A stretch of 64,000 nt of DNA, taken from Gammaproteobacteria bacterium. Its GTDB lineage: Bacteria > Pseudomonadota > Gammaproteobacteria > Xanthomonadales > Marinicellaceae. Under the pieces are notes generated by a model. That model was not told the origin of the DNA, made no database searches, and saw only the letters and a program-made list of their open reading frames with translations. Position 1 is the stretch's first letter. The number at the start of each line of letters is the position of its first letter. The DNA is taken from positions 1,797 to 65,796 of the forward strand of contig JAUIGR010000010.1 of the NCBI GenBank assembly GCA_030430025.1. Reading direction: 5' to 3'. Positions 52,607 to 62,169 of the stretch are shown here, piece after piece. Both the position numbers and the translations under genes were made by a program.

Positions 52607-53908
52607 ATGAAAAAAATACTTTGTTTACTTTCCGTTTTTTATTTAGGCATTTCATGGGGGTCTCAGTATTACAAGACAGAGACCACAACCATGGATTATC
52701 AAGATATCGATGACATGGTTGATCGTGTGATGCTTTTTGATGGCAATGAGGGTTACTATGATGACCTATCAGCTGAAATAGAGTTACCCTTCCCGTTTCT
52801 TTTTTATGGGCAAGAATATAACAGCCTGCGCGTTAGTACCAATGGTTATTTGGTTTTTCCTGATGATCAACCTGGTGATTACATGGGCAACGATCCCTTA
52901 CCTAGTACAGACGAACCCGATGGTATCATTGCTGTCTTTTGGGATGATTTAATAGTTCAAGATGAAGGGACAACAGATCAAATATCATATGTTGTTCAAG
53001 GTGAAGCACCTAATCGAGTCTTGATTGTTGATTATCGTTCAGTGAGTTTTTTTAGCCCTAGCGGTTACATTTATTCACAAGTTAAATTATTTGAGGGAGG
53101 TCATGTCATAGAATTCCATTATGATAATAGTTATCCCGATATAGTAGCTAATGCATCAGCCACCATTGGTCTTGAACATCCTTGTGGTTGTCTTGCCGAT
53201 CCAGGGCCTAATGCAGATAATACAAATAGCACTACGCCTAATGAAGCTTATCGCTTTAGTCCGGTTTATTATACCCGCAGTGAAATTGATATGGATTACA
53301 TAACCACGATGAACATGCCTGGAAGGGAGATACTTTTTAATGGCGGTGTGGGTTCCTATGATGATGATGAAGCTGAGATCAATCTACCATTCACATTTGA
53401 GTTTTATGGAACAGCTTATGACAGCCTGCGGGTAAGTACCAATGGTTATTTGGTCTTCCCTGAGGGTGAAATAGGCACTGACTTTGGCAATGATTCATTA
53501 CCTAATACAGGAGGCCCCAATGGCATTATTGCAGTCTTTTGGGATGATTTAAAAGTTAGGCAAAATGATGGTTATATCGATCAAATCTCATATGTTGTTC
53601 AAGGACAGGCGCCCAACCGAGTGTTGATTATTGATTATCAGTCGATAGGATCTTTGAGTAATGGCGATGATAATATATGGGCTCAGGTTAAGCTATATGA
53701 AAGCAGTTATATTATAGAACTTCATTATCAAGAAGATTTGAGTGATACAGATTCTGGTGGAGTCGACGCCACTATGGGTCTGGAGCATCCTTGTGGTTGT
53801 CTTGCTGAACCAGGTCCTAATTACGACAATGACAATGACGTAATACCGATGGTTGCCTATCGCTACACACCTAACGATTTAATTTTTATGAATGGCTTCA
53901 ATGACTGA
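52607..53908 (+). CDS. Secreted protein with two tandem nidogen-like domains and DLIFMNGFND tail
   Basis: Signal peptide; twice LPF-x-F-x-FYG-x-x-Y-x-SLRVSTNGYL ... IAVFWDDL ... GLEHPCGCLA. Confidence 0.85.
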   Translation: MKKILCLLSVFYLGISWGSQYYKTETTTMDYQDIDDMVDRVMLFDGNEGYYDDLSAEIELPFPFLFYGQEYNSLRVSTNGYLVFPDDQPGDYMGNDPLPSTDEPDGIIAVFWDDLIVQDEGTTDQISYVVQGEAPNRVLIVDYRSVSFFSPSGYIYSQVKLFEGGHVIEFHYDNSYPDIVANASATIGLEHPCGCLADPGPNADNTNSTTPNEAYRFSPVYYTRSEIDMDYITTMNMPGREILFNGGVGSYDDDEAEINLPFTFEFYGTAYDSLRVSTNGYLVFPEGEIGTDFGNDSLPNTGGPNGIIAVFWDDLKVRQNDGYIDQISYVVQGQAPNRVLIIDYQSIGSLSNGDDNIWAQVKLYESSYIIELHYQEDLSDTDSGGVDATMGLEHPCGCLAEPGPNYDNDNDVIPMVAYRYTPNDLIFMNGFND

Positions 53909-53932
53909 TAGCCAGCATTAAATTGCATCTAT

Positions 53933-53969
53933 TTGTCATGGCTCTGAATACTTTTCAGAGCCATGACAA
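53933..53969. repeat. Perfect 16-bp inverted repeat (terminator-like)
   Basis: TTGTCATGGCTCTGAA-TACTT-TTCAGAGCCATGACAA, 24 nt after the stop. Confidence 0.8.
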
Positions 53970-54026
53970 TCAGCTTCATACTTTCACAGTGGATAACCTG
54001 ATTACCGGCGTCATTGTCTATACTTA

Positions 54027-54080
54027 GTCAATCCTGAAAAAGTCCTTCCTGGCCTTTTTCAGATTCAGTTTAAAAACACT
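54027..54080 (-). mobile_element. MITE end fragment
   Basis: TA|GTCAATCCTGAAAAAGTCCTTCCTGGCCTTTTTCAG matches the right end of 1498-1803. Confidence 0.75.
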
Positions 54081-54200
54081 ATCGAATCCAAAATAAGAAT
54101 CAGTTAAAAAAGCAATCAGCTTAATAGCTGAAAATATCAAATTAACAACATTTCCACCAAGGCTTTGTTAGAATGCCTCCTTTTTATAAAGATCAAGTAC

Positions 54201-55103
54201 ATGTGGTTTAAGAATGCGCGACTATTTCAACTAAATGAAGACATTGGTTTGGATCCTCAGGCCTTGAATGAGGCACTACAAAAAGAAGCTCTAACAGCCT
54301 GTAAACCACAGGAATTGTTGTCTAAAGGCTGGGTATCACCTTTTGGTCGGACAAGTGATGTATATGTTTGGCAAAGTGGTGAAGCTTTGCTGTTTTGTTT
54401 GGGTATGGAGGAAAAAATCCTCCCTGCGGCAGCGATCAACCATCAGTTGAACCAAAGAATTGAAAACATTCAATCTGAAACAGGTCAAAAACCGGGACGT
54501 AAACAACAAACCGATATGAAACAACAGTTGGTGTTAGAGATGGTTCCTCAAGCTTTCGTCAAACCAAAGCAGGTGTTTGCCTATTTGGATCTGAACTTGA
54601 AGATGCTGATAGTAGATACCTCCAGCCAAAATGCTGCTGAAGAATTGGTTAATCACATGCGACACACCTTAGGATCATTTAAAGTGTCGGCCTTTGGTCC
54701 TTCTTCTTCAGTTGCACAGGTAATGACACATTGGGTCACTCATGCTAAGGCTGAAGGTGGATTTGATATCGATTCGGAAATTGTTTTGGAAACCATGGAT
54801 GAGAGCAAAGGCTTGGTACGGGGTCGTAATATTGAGCACCTCGATGACCAAATGCAACAGCACATCGATAATGGTTATCTGGTAACTTCCCTGGGTCTGG
54901 TTTTTAATGACCGCATTGATCTCATTTTAGGTCATGATTTAAGTATCAAGAAAATCAAATTCACTGACATCGTTTTGGATCAGATGGAAGAAAATGGTTT
55001 AGAAGATGAGTTTCAAATATTAGACACAAAATTTACATTATTTAGCCTCGAAATCAGAGCCATGTTAAAGGCCTTGTTTGGTGTTTTTAAACAGTCTGAA
55101 TGA
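54201..55103 (+). CDS. rdgC: Recombination-associated protein RdgC
   Basis: MWFKNARLF, SKGWVSPFG, EEKILPAAAIN, LRHTLGS-like segment. Confidence 0.93.
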   Translation: MWFKNARLFQLNEDIGLDPQALNEALQKEALTACKPQELLSKGWVSPFGRTSDVYVWQSGEALLFCLGMEEKILPAAAINHQLNQRIENIQSETGQKPGRKQQTDMKQQLVLEMVPQAFVKPKQVFAYLDLNLKMLIVDTSSQNAAEELVNHMRHTLGSFKVSAFGPSSSVAQVMTHWVTHAKAEGGFDIDSEIVLETMDESKGLVRGRNIEHLDDQMQQHIDNGYLVTSLGLVFNDRIDLILGHDLSIKKIKFTDIVLDQMEENGLEDEFQILDTKFTLFSLEIRAMLKALFGVFKQSE

Positions 55104-55104
55104 C

Positions 55105-55740
55105 ATGGACTTGGTATATTGGGAAAAGATTTTTGAGACACATGTTAATGGCATTGATGCTGTTGATGCGGGTCATGATCTTAATCACATCAAGCGGGTA
55201 GTTAAAACTGCCAAACAATTAGCAGCAGCCGAACAGGCCGAGATTGCGGTAGTGCTGCCTGCCGCCTGGTTACATGACTGCGTTCAGGTAGCCAAAGACT
55301 CGCCTTTGAGAACACAAGCTTCAAGAATGGCGGCTCAGGAGGCTGAACAGTTATTGATTCGTTGGCAATATCCGGTACAACATATTCCAGCCATTGTTCA
55401 TGCCATAGAAGCCCACAGTTTTTCAGCTCATATCACCTGTGAAACATTGGAGGCAAAAGTGGTTCAGGATGCAGATAGGATGGATGCATTAGGTGCGATA
55501 GGAACGGTACGAACGTTGTTGGTTGGCCAATCTTTTGGTAACCCTTTATTGGCTGAAAATGATCCCTTTTGTGTTCAACGAGATGCCAATGATCAAACAT
55601 CTATTATCGATCATTTTTATACCAAGTTATTGAAACTTAAAGATTCGTTCCACACTGATTCGGCTAAGGTGGAAGCACAAAAACGACATGATTTCATGAT
55701 CCTTTTTTTGAAACAATTGTCTGATGAAGTTTTGGGCTGA
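55105..55740 (+). CDS. HD-domain phosphohydrolase (YedJ-like)
   Basis: GHDLNHIKRV, WLHDC, VQDADRMDALGAIG, HFYTKLL. Confidence 0.9.
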   Translation: MDLVYWEKIFETHVNGIDAVDAGHDLNHIKRVVKTAKQLAAAEQAEIAVVLPAAWLHDCVQVAKDSPLRTQASRMAAQEAEQLLIRWQYPVQHIPAIVHAIEAHSFSAHITCETLEAKVVQDADRMDALGAIGTVRTLLVGQSFGNPLLAENDPFCVQRDANDQTSIIDHFYTKLLKLKDSFHTDSAKVEAQKRHDFMILFLKQLSDEVLG

Positions 55741-55744
55741 TAAA

Positions 55745-57742
55745 ATGACAACCATGATTGTGCGATTACTGATTCTAGTCACCTTAAGTCTTCTGTTGAG
55801 TAATGGCGGTTTGGCCGATAACAACGACCTGTTAAAAAAGAGGAAATTGTTTGGACAATTATATTCGGCAGCACTGAAGGGGCAGCATGCTTTTGTCAAC
55901 CAAAAACGCCATCAACTCCATGGTTACGTGCTCGAACATTATTTGGATTATGCAACTATCCACCATAACCTGAATAAAAATCCAGGAACCTCAACTGATC
56001 AGATTATTGCTGACTTTAAAGTTAAACATCCGAATAGCCCATTGAATCGTCGTCTGGATACTGCTCGTTTGAATGCGTTGGGCATAAGGGCGATGTGGCC
56101 AGAATATCTCAAATGGCATAATGGTTTGGATTCAGGTAAAAAACAATGCTGGTACTTACAAGCGAGATTGGCTATGAACCAGACACAGAATTTGCCGGCA
56201 TTAGTAGAGGCGATGTGGATGAGTGGCTTGTCTGCACCAGATGCTTGTGATCCTGTGTTCAAGTGGTGGCAGCAACAAGGGTATATGAAAGAAAATTTAA
56301 TTCTCAAACGGATCAAAAAAGCATTTGAACACAATAATTTCAGTTTAATTACATACCTGAAGAGTAAATTAAAAAAAGAGCCGTCTTGGGTTGGTCGTGC
56401 CATTGAATTGGCGAAAAGGCCAGAACATGGTTTGCGCCAATCGATTACATGGACATCTGATGCAGAAACTGTTTGGTTAATTGAAAAAACAGCCATGCGT
56501 ATGGCATCTGAGCAGCCGATGACATTACAGGCCATGTGGTCGGACATTAACCATACACATGTTTTAACTGCAACTCAGAAGCAGTTAATAGAAAGAAAAA
56601 TGGCGTTATTTGCAGCCACAGATTATAACCATTGGTCAATTGGTGCGATGGAGCAACTGCCTGAAGAAATGAAGGATGACCAAATTAAGGCATGGATCGT
56701 GCGTTATTATCTTTTTAATCAAAGTTGGCCTGACGTTTTGAAAGCTTTACAAAACATGTCACCCAACCAGCTGGCGAGAGACAACTGGCAGTATTGGCTG
56801 GCTCGCGCTCACGTCAAAACAGGTCAGCCTACAAAAGCCAAAGCGATATTTACAAAGTTAGCCACTAAAACTAACTACTATAGTTTCTTATCAGCTGATC
56901 ACTTGCGTCTCCCTTATGCGCTGTGTCAAAAAAATCCTGTCAATCCTAACCCTCAGTTTCAAGCTTCTGAGGGCATAGAGCGAGCCATCGAATTACATCA
57001 TTTAGGCATGTTGAGTATGGCCAGAAGTGAATGGAATGTAGCGTACAAAGGTATAAGTCGACCGGACAAACAAGCGCTCAGTGAACGGGTAATGAAAGAA
57101 GGTTGGTATGCTAAGGCCATTGCCATCATGGCAGACATGGGTCAATGGGATAACTACCATTTGCGTTATCCCATTGCCCATAAAAAAACAATCGCTCAAT
57201 ACACTAAAGGCAGTTCAATATTGCCTCAATGGGTAATGGCCATCATTAAGCAAGAAAGTGCTTGGACTAAGGATGCAGTGTCACATGCCAATGCCCATGG
57301 TTTGATGCAATTATTACCAAGCACCGCTCAAAGGTTGAGCGACCAGTTAGGTATTAATTACAAAGACCAACATCAATTGCATCAGCCTGATTTTAATATC
57401 AAACTGGGTATCAGCTATCAAAAAAAGCTCTTTGAACAGTTCAATCACCCGATTTTGGCCGCTGCTGCCTATAATGCTGGGGAAGGTAAGTCCATTGATT
57501 GGTCAGTTGATTTCCCAACCTCTCCAGACATCTGGTTGGAAACCATCCCTTATAAGGAAACCAGAAAGTACGTGACCAAAATTTTATCAAATGTCACTAT
57601 CTATGATTGGTTGATCAATGGACAGCCCAAACGCATCAGCCATTGGATGCCGACGATGCCTGTTAACAAGCAGACCAGTCAACCATGGCCTGCCGCCAGT
57701 GTGGTCAAAAACTCAGCATCTTTAGCTGTATGCAGTCCATAA
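55745..57742 (+). CDS. slt: Soluble lytic murein transglycosylase
   Basis: Signal peptide; IIKQESAW, AHGLMQL, AAYNAGEG, IPYKETRKYV. Confidence 0.92.
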   Translation: MTTMIVRLLILVTLSLLLSNGGLADNNDLLKKRKLFGQLYSAALKGQHAFVNQKRHQLHGYVLEHYLDYATIHHNLNKNPGTSTDQIIADFKVKHPNSPLNRRLDTARLNALGIRAMWPEYLKWHNGLDSGKKQCWYLQARLAMNQTQNLPALVEAMWMSGLSAPDACDPVFKWWQQQGYMKENLILKRIKKAFEHNNFSLITYLKSKLKKEPSWVGRAIELAKRPEHGLRQSITWTSDAETVWLIEKTAMRMASEQPMTLQAMWSDINHTHVLTATQKQLIERKMALFAATDYNHWSIGAMEQLPEEMKDDQIKAWIVRYYLFNQSWPDVLKALQNMSPNQLARDNWQYWLARAHVKTGQPTKAKAIFTKLATKTNYYSFLSADHLRLPYALCQKNPVNPNPQFQASEGIERAIELHHLGMLSMARSEWNVAYKGISRPDKQALSERVMKEGWYAKAIAIMADMGQWDNYHLRYPIAHKKTIAQYTKGSSILPQWVMAIIKQESAWTKDAVSHANAHGLMQLLPSTAQRLSDQLGINYKDQHQLHQPDFNIKLGISYQKKLFEQFNHPILAAAAYNAGEGKSIDWSVDFPTSPDIWLETIPYKETRKYVTKILSNVTIYDWLINGQPKRISHWMPTMPVNKQTSQPWPAASVVKNSASLAVCSP

Positions 57743-58986
57743 TTAACCACTCTTATTTGGTCGGTGGTGCGGTCAGAGACCGACTCCTTGGTTTAACTAT
57801 AAAAGACCATGATTATGTGGTGGTGGGTAAAACACCTGATGACTTACTGGCTGCTGGTTTTCTTTCTGTTGGTAAGGATTTCCCGGTATTTCTGCACCCG
57901 GAAACTCAAGATGAATATGCCTTGGCACGTACGGAAAGAAAAAATGGCATGGGCTATCATGGCTTTCGGTTTAATACCGACAGCTCGGTGACACTTGAAG
58001 ATGATTTGTTGCGTCGTGATTTGACCATCAATGCCATGGCTATGGGTCCAGACGGCCAGATTATAGACCCCTATGGTGGTCAGCGAGACCTCGAAAACAA
58101 AGTCCTCCGGCATGTTTCCCCTGCCTTTGCAGAGGATCCATTGCGGGTATTGCGTGTTGCTAGGTTCATGGCTCGTTTTGCCCACTTGGGATTCCAAGTA
58201 CATTCCGAAACGTTGGCACTGATGAAGCAGCTTGTTGATTCAGATGAGCTTGAAACTCTGCCAGCTGAACGCATCTGGCAGGAAATCAAAAACAGCCTCA
58301 ATACACCGAGACCTTCGGCTTTTTTTATGACTTTAAGGGACTGTGCTGCTTTAGAGGCGTTACTACCGGAAATTGACTGCTTGTTTGGAGTGCCCCAGAC
58401 AAAACAATGGCACCCAGAAGTAGATACCGGACTTCATGTGATGCTTGCCATCGATCAAGCCAGAGATTTAGATAACGTAGTGGCATTTGCGGTGATGTTA
58501 CACGATTTGGGCAAAGGCATCACACCACAAGATGTGCTGCCCAGTCACAGAGGACATGAGGCAGCCGGTGTGCCGTTAGTGCAAGCAGTTTGTGAGCGTT
58601 TAAAAGTGCCTAATCCATATAAAGACTTGGCCATTAAGGTCTGTCGCTGGCACCTACAAGCCCATACCATCATGCAGCTCAAAGCTTCAACTGTAGACAA
58701 ACTCTTTAAGTCGTTGGATGCTTATCGTCAGCCACAAATTCTGGAGTATTTTGTGCAAGCCTGTCGAGCGGATGCCTTGGGCCGTTGGGGGGATGAATTC
58801 AAAGTTTATCCGCAGGCAGATGTCATCAGATCGCTATTTACAGCAGCGCAAAGTATTGATCAGCAAGCCATTGTTTCCGATTATCAAAAAAAAGGTCATG
58901 AAGGTCAGATGTTGGGCCAAGCCATCCGTCAAGCACGAATTGCCGCCATAAGAATGGCAAAAAGCAATGGTTTGAAAGTTAATTGA
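57730..58986 (+). CDS. cca: Multifunctional CCA-adding enzyme
   Basis: YLVGGAVRD, DHDYVV, RRDLTINA, EDPLRVLR; HD domain (LHDLGKG). Confidence 0.96.
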   Translation: MQSIINHSYLVGGAVRDRLLGLTIKDHDYVVVGKTPDDLLAAGFLSVGKDFPVFLHPETQDEYALARTERKNGMGYHGFRFNTDSSVTLEDDLLRRDLTINAMAMGPDGQIIDPYGGQRDLENKVLRHVSPAFAEDPLRVLRVARFMARFAHLGFQVHSETLALMKQLVDSDELETLPAERIWQEIKNSLNTPRPSAFFMTLRDCAALEALLPEIDCLFGVPQTKQWHPEVDTGLHVMLAIDQARDLDNVVAFAVMLHDLGKGITPQDVLPSHRGHEAAGVPLVQAVCERLKVPNPYKDLAIKVCRWHLQAHTIMQLKASTVDKLFKSLDAYRQPQILEYFVQACRADALGRWGDEFKVYPQADVIRSLFTAAQSIDQQAIVSDYQKKGHEGQMLGQAIRQARIAAIRMAKSNGLKVN

Positions 58987-59132
58987 ATGTCTCTACTATT
59001 AGAGAAAAACACATTGTTTATCTGGAGGGCACTTCTATTAATGAGTTATTTCTTCTGCAAGTTGACAAGGTGTCATATGCAAGGCGCACTTTGCACTGAA
59101 TTCAAATACAAAAATGGCTTTCAAGCGACAAA

Positions 59133-59158
59133 AAAAGCCCGCGACTATACGGGCTTTT
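59133..59158. terminator. Bidirectional intrinsic terminator
   Basis: AAAAGCCCG-CGACTATA-CGGGCTTTT between convergent genes. Confidence 0.75.
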
Positions 59159-59218
59159 CCTTACTTACCTGTTTATCTACAGGTTTAGCGGTGATCTTTA
59201 CATAAAGTTAAGACAATG

Positions 59219-60583
59219 TTATAAGACCTCAGGCTCATCAAAGCCATCCATAAAGATCAAATCAGAACCAAAAAATGGAAAATATGAGGGTACATAGCGG
59301 TATCCTTTCTGAGGTACAACGTCATTGTCATTATTGTAGTTAGGTCCTGGCTCGGCAATACAGCCACAAGGGTGTTCCAGACCAATGGTGGCGTTTGTAT
59401 AACCATCATCTGTATCACTGAGGAAGCTACTATAATGAAATTCAATCACATTAGACCCTTCGTACAATTTGGCTTGAGCCCAGAGATGGTCATCAGTAGG
59501 ACCATTTCCGTCGGCACGAATTTGTACTGATCTATAATCAACAATTAAAACGCGATTAGGCGCCTCACCTTGAACAACATATGATATTTGATCAGTGCCT
59601 CCTGCATTTTGAGCGACCTGCAGATCATCCCAAAAGACAGCAATGATGCCATCGGGGTGTTGAGCACTGGGTAATGAGTTGTTGTCATACTCGTTGCTTG
59701 TTTCACCATCAGGAAAGACCAGATATCCATTGGTGCTGACACGTAGGTTTTGATACGCCTTGCCATAGAACTTAAATGAGAAAGGTAATTCTATTTCAGC
59801 TGAGGTATCATCATAAGTATTCTCACTGCCATCAAAAAGCATCATCCGACCAGCCACGCCATCCATATCTTGGTAGTCTAAGTTAATTTCACTGCGGTCA
59901 TAATATTGCGGCGGAGTGTATCGATACGCTACATCAGGCACAGTATCGTTGTCATTATTGTAGTTAGGCCCTGGCTCGGCAATACAGCCACAAGGATGCT
60001 CCAGACCAATGGTGGCGTTTGTATAACCATCATTTGTATCACTGAGGAAGCTATTATAATGAAATTCAATCACATGAGACCCTTCGTACAATTTGGCTTG
60101 AGCCCAGATAAGATCATTAGTAGGATTTCCCTCGGCACGAATTTCTACTGATCGATAATCAACGATCAAAACACGATTAGGCGCCTCACCTTGAACAACA
60201 TATGAAATCTGATCTACAATTCCACCATTTGGACCTACCTCGAGATCATCCCAAAAAACAGCAATGATGCCATTGGGGCCTTGTGGATTAGGTAATGAGT
60301 CATTGTCATACTCAGTGGCTGATTGATTGAGGAAGACCAGGTAACCATTGGTACTGACACGCAGGTTGTTATATTCTTGCCCATAAAAAAGAAATGGGAA
60401 GGGTAACTCTATTTCAGCTTCCTCATCATCATAAGTATCTATACTACCATCAAAAAGCATCGCCCGACCAGCCACGCCAGCCAAGTCTTGATAATCCATG
60501 GGGATCACTTCACGTTGATAGTCATCACCACCAAAAGCAAGGGCAGTATATAAGAGGGCTATAACACAATATATTTTTTTCAT
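59219..60583 (-). CDS. Paralogue of 52607-53908: two nidogen-like domains, DLIFMDGFD tail
   Basis: Same domain motifs twice including GLEHPCGCIAEPGPN; signal peptide. Confidence 0.87.
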   Translation of the reverse strand: MKKIYCVIALLYTALAFGGDDYQREVIPMDYQDLAGVAGRAMLFDGSIDTYDDEEAEIELPFPFLFYGQEYNNLRVSTNGYLVFLNQSATEYDNDSLPNPQGPNGIIAVFWDDLEVGPNGGIVDQISYVVQGEAPNRVLIVDYRSVEIRAEGNPTNDLIWAQAKLYEGSHVIEFHYNSFLSDTNDGYTNATIGLEHPCGCIAEPGPNYNNDNDTVPDVAYRYTPPQYYDRSEINLDYQDMDGVAGRMMLFDGSENTYDDTSAEIELPFSFKFYGKAYQNLRVSTNGYLVFPDGETSNEYDNNSLPSAQHPDGIIAVFWDDLQVAQNAGGTDQISYVVQGEAPNRVLIVDYRSVQIRADGNGPTDDHLWAQAKLYEGSNVIEFHYSSFLSDTDDGYTNATIGLEHPCGCIAEPGPNYNNDNDVVPQKGYRYVPSYFPFFGSDLIFMDGFDEPEVL

Positions 60584-60746
60584 AATTAACCTATTAACTT
60601 AGTTCATTCGGTTGCCATTACGATTTTTAATCATAAGACGGTCCAAGTTTTTGATAAATTTTGATCACGGCTGTAGATGAGCTCTTCAAATGAGCAACAG
60701 GAATTTCATTATCAGCGCAAGATATTGGCCTTATTTTTAAAACACT

Positions 60747-60847
60747 GAATAAAAATGCATAGTGGCATCTGTTTTCTGGTCGAAAGAATGTGTAAAATGA
60801 AAAAATTCTCATGTTTAACAATAAGTTATGCATTTTTCAGATTCGAC
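60747..60847 (-). mobile_element. MITE end fragment (~100 bp)
   Basis: GAATAAAAATGCAT ... TTCTGGTCGAAA ... TTATGCATTTTTCAGATTCGAC|TA matches the left third of the element. Confidence 0.75.
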
Positions 60848-60856
60848 TAATTACAT

Positions 60857-61567
60857 ATGCACTATTGGAACCAAGATAATTTTGAGGGTTTGAGAGCGAT
60901 TGGCGAGAAATATATCTCAATGGAAGGGTTTGGATTTTTTGGCAAGTATTGTTTACAAAAAGAACAAGGCCTTAATAAACAGGCGATCGTTTCAATCAGA
61001 GCCTTTGTTGCAGATGTCCGAAGTAGTTCACAGAAAGTCCAAAGAAATATGGCAGAGGAATTATGTTCTCTGAGTTTCGGGAATAGAGCAGTTCATCAAC
61101 TTTTAGCCTACCCTTTGAAGATATTTCTAAAAGAAGTGTTGACCAATTGGACAAAAGAAGAACCCCAAAATCCCATTCCATACAAATGGTTGGGATATGT
61201 TAGTAGGGATATATCATTTTTTGAAAGAGCACATGAACTTGATCCGAAAGATGAAATTTGTATTGGGCAAATAGCCCAAGCCCATTTCAATGATATTGAT
61301 TACCAGACGCATCATCTGTCTGAATCTTTGTTTTTGGGCAGTTTAAAAGATGCCCAGCTATCTCTACAAAGTGCGGAATCTTTGATAACCAAGCTGTCAA
61401 CGAATAAGATCAAGTCGAAGATGCAGAGTGAGTTTAAGTATTATCATCAGCTTTTAAGTTGTTGGCAAAAGTATTCAAGACTATCTTCAGCAAAGTCGTT
61501 TCCAGAATGGTGTGCAGCCAAGGGGATGTCATTTGATTTTTGGTCAATTGTGCACTATGACCAATAA
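60857..61567 (+). CDS. Hypothetical helical protein
   Basis: 236-aa ORF, MHYWNQDNFEGL ... ; no function recognised. Confidence 0.7.
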   Translation: MHYWNQDNFEGLRAIGEKYISMEGFGFFGKYCLQKEQGLNKQAIVSIRAFVADVRSSSQKVQRNMAEELCSLSFGNRAVHQLLAYPLKIFLKEVLTNWTKEEPQNPIPYKWLGYVSRDISFFERAHELDPKDEICIGQIAQAHFNDIDYQTHHLSESLFLGSLKDAQLSLQSAESLITKLSTNKIKSKMQSEFKYYHQLLSCWQKYSRLSSAKSFPEWCAAKGMSFDFWSIVHYDQ

Positions 61568-61590
61568 TCGTCAGTGTTTTGAAATCGACT

Positions 61591-61687
61591 AATTGGTCCT
61601 ATGAGACTGAACTCCACAATCGCCGATTGTATTGGCCAAAAGGGTAAAGTCTTAGGAGGATCTTCTTCTATCAATGGTATTTGCTAC
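61591..61687 (+). pseudogene. Fragment of a GMC oxidoreductase (choline dehydrogenase-like) gene
   Basis: NWSYETELHNRRLYWPK, then a +1 shift to GKVLGGSSSINGICY; matches the GMC motif W-P-R-G-K-V-L-G-G-S-S-S-I-N. Confidence 0.75.
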
Positions 61688-61711
61688 TTTGTTGGAGTGT
61701 CCTTGACTTGA

Positions 61712-62167
61712 TTACATGTTTTTCATTAATGAATACAGGCGATGAAATACCCCTTTCCCTCTGAAATTTTCGACACCAAAGCATACATTCTTGGAAATGA
61801 TGCCACATAAGCCACCAACAATATTTCCCAAAGTACTTAAATTTGAATAGAAAGCTGATAGAACACCCATTCCTAAAAGACCTCCGATAATGAATCCAGA
61901 AAATGGTATTCTTACCAGAACAGTCAATGGACTGCTCGATGCGCCAAAAAAAATCATAGCGAAAGCCAATCCTGCGATCATTCCAGGGAAAAGCCCAATG
62001 GCTATTGCAGCTGGAAAAGTGAGTAAAAAATACAGCAGTATAGCAATTTCACCACGAAGCATTTCCTTTACGATAAAATAAACGGCTGGCATGATAGGTC
62101 CGATAAAAGAAAATATGATGATTGTTTTTGTAAAACCTTCAAACTGTGAGTAATTCAACTCTTTCAT
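61712..62167 (-). CDS. Hypothetical membrane protein
   Basis: Four Gly-rich hydrophobic segments. Confidence 0.6.
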   Translation of the reverse strand: MKELNYSQFEGFTKTIIIFSFIGPIMPAVYFIVKEMLRGEIAILLYFLLTFPAAIAIGLFPGMIAGLAFAMIFFGASSSPLTVLVRIPFSGFIIGGLLGMGVLSAFYSNLSTLGNIVGGLCGIISKNVCFGVENFRGKGVFHRLYSLMKNM

Positions 62168-62169
62168 AT

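Noticed and set aside
58987-59205. 72-aa ORF after cca
   Set aside because: Runs through a bidirectional terminator, has no RBS and no recognisable content
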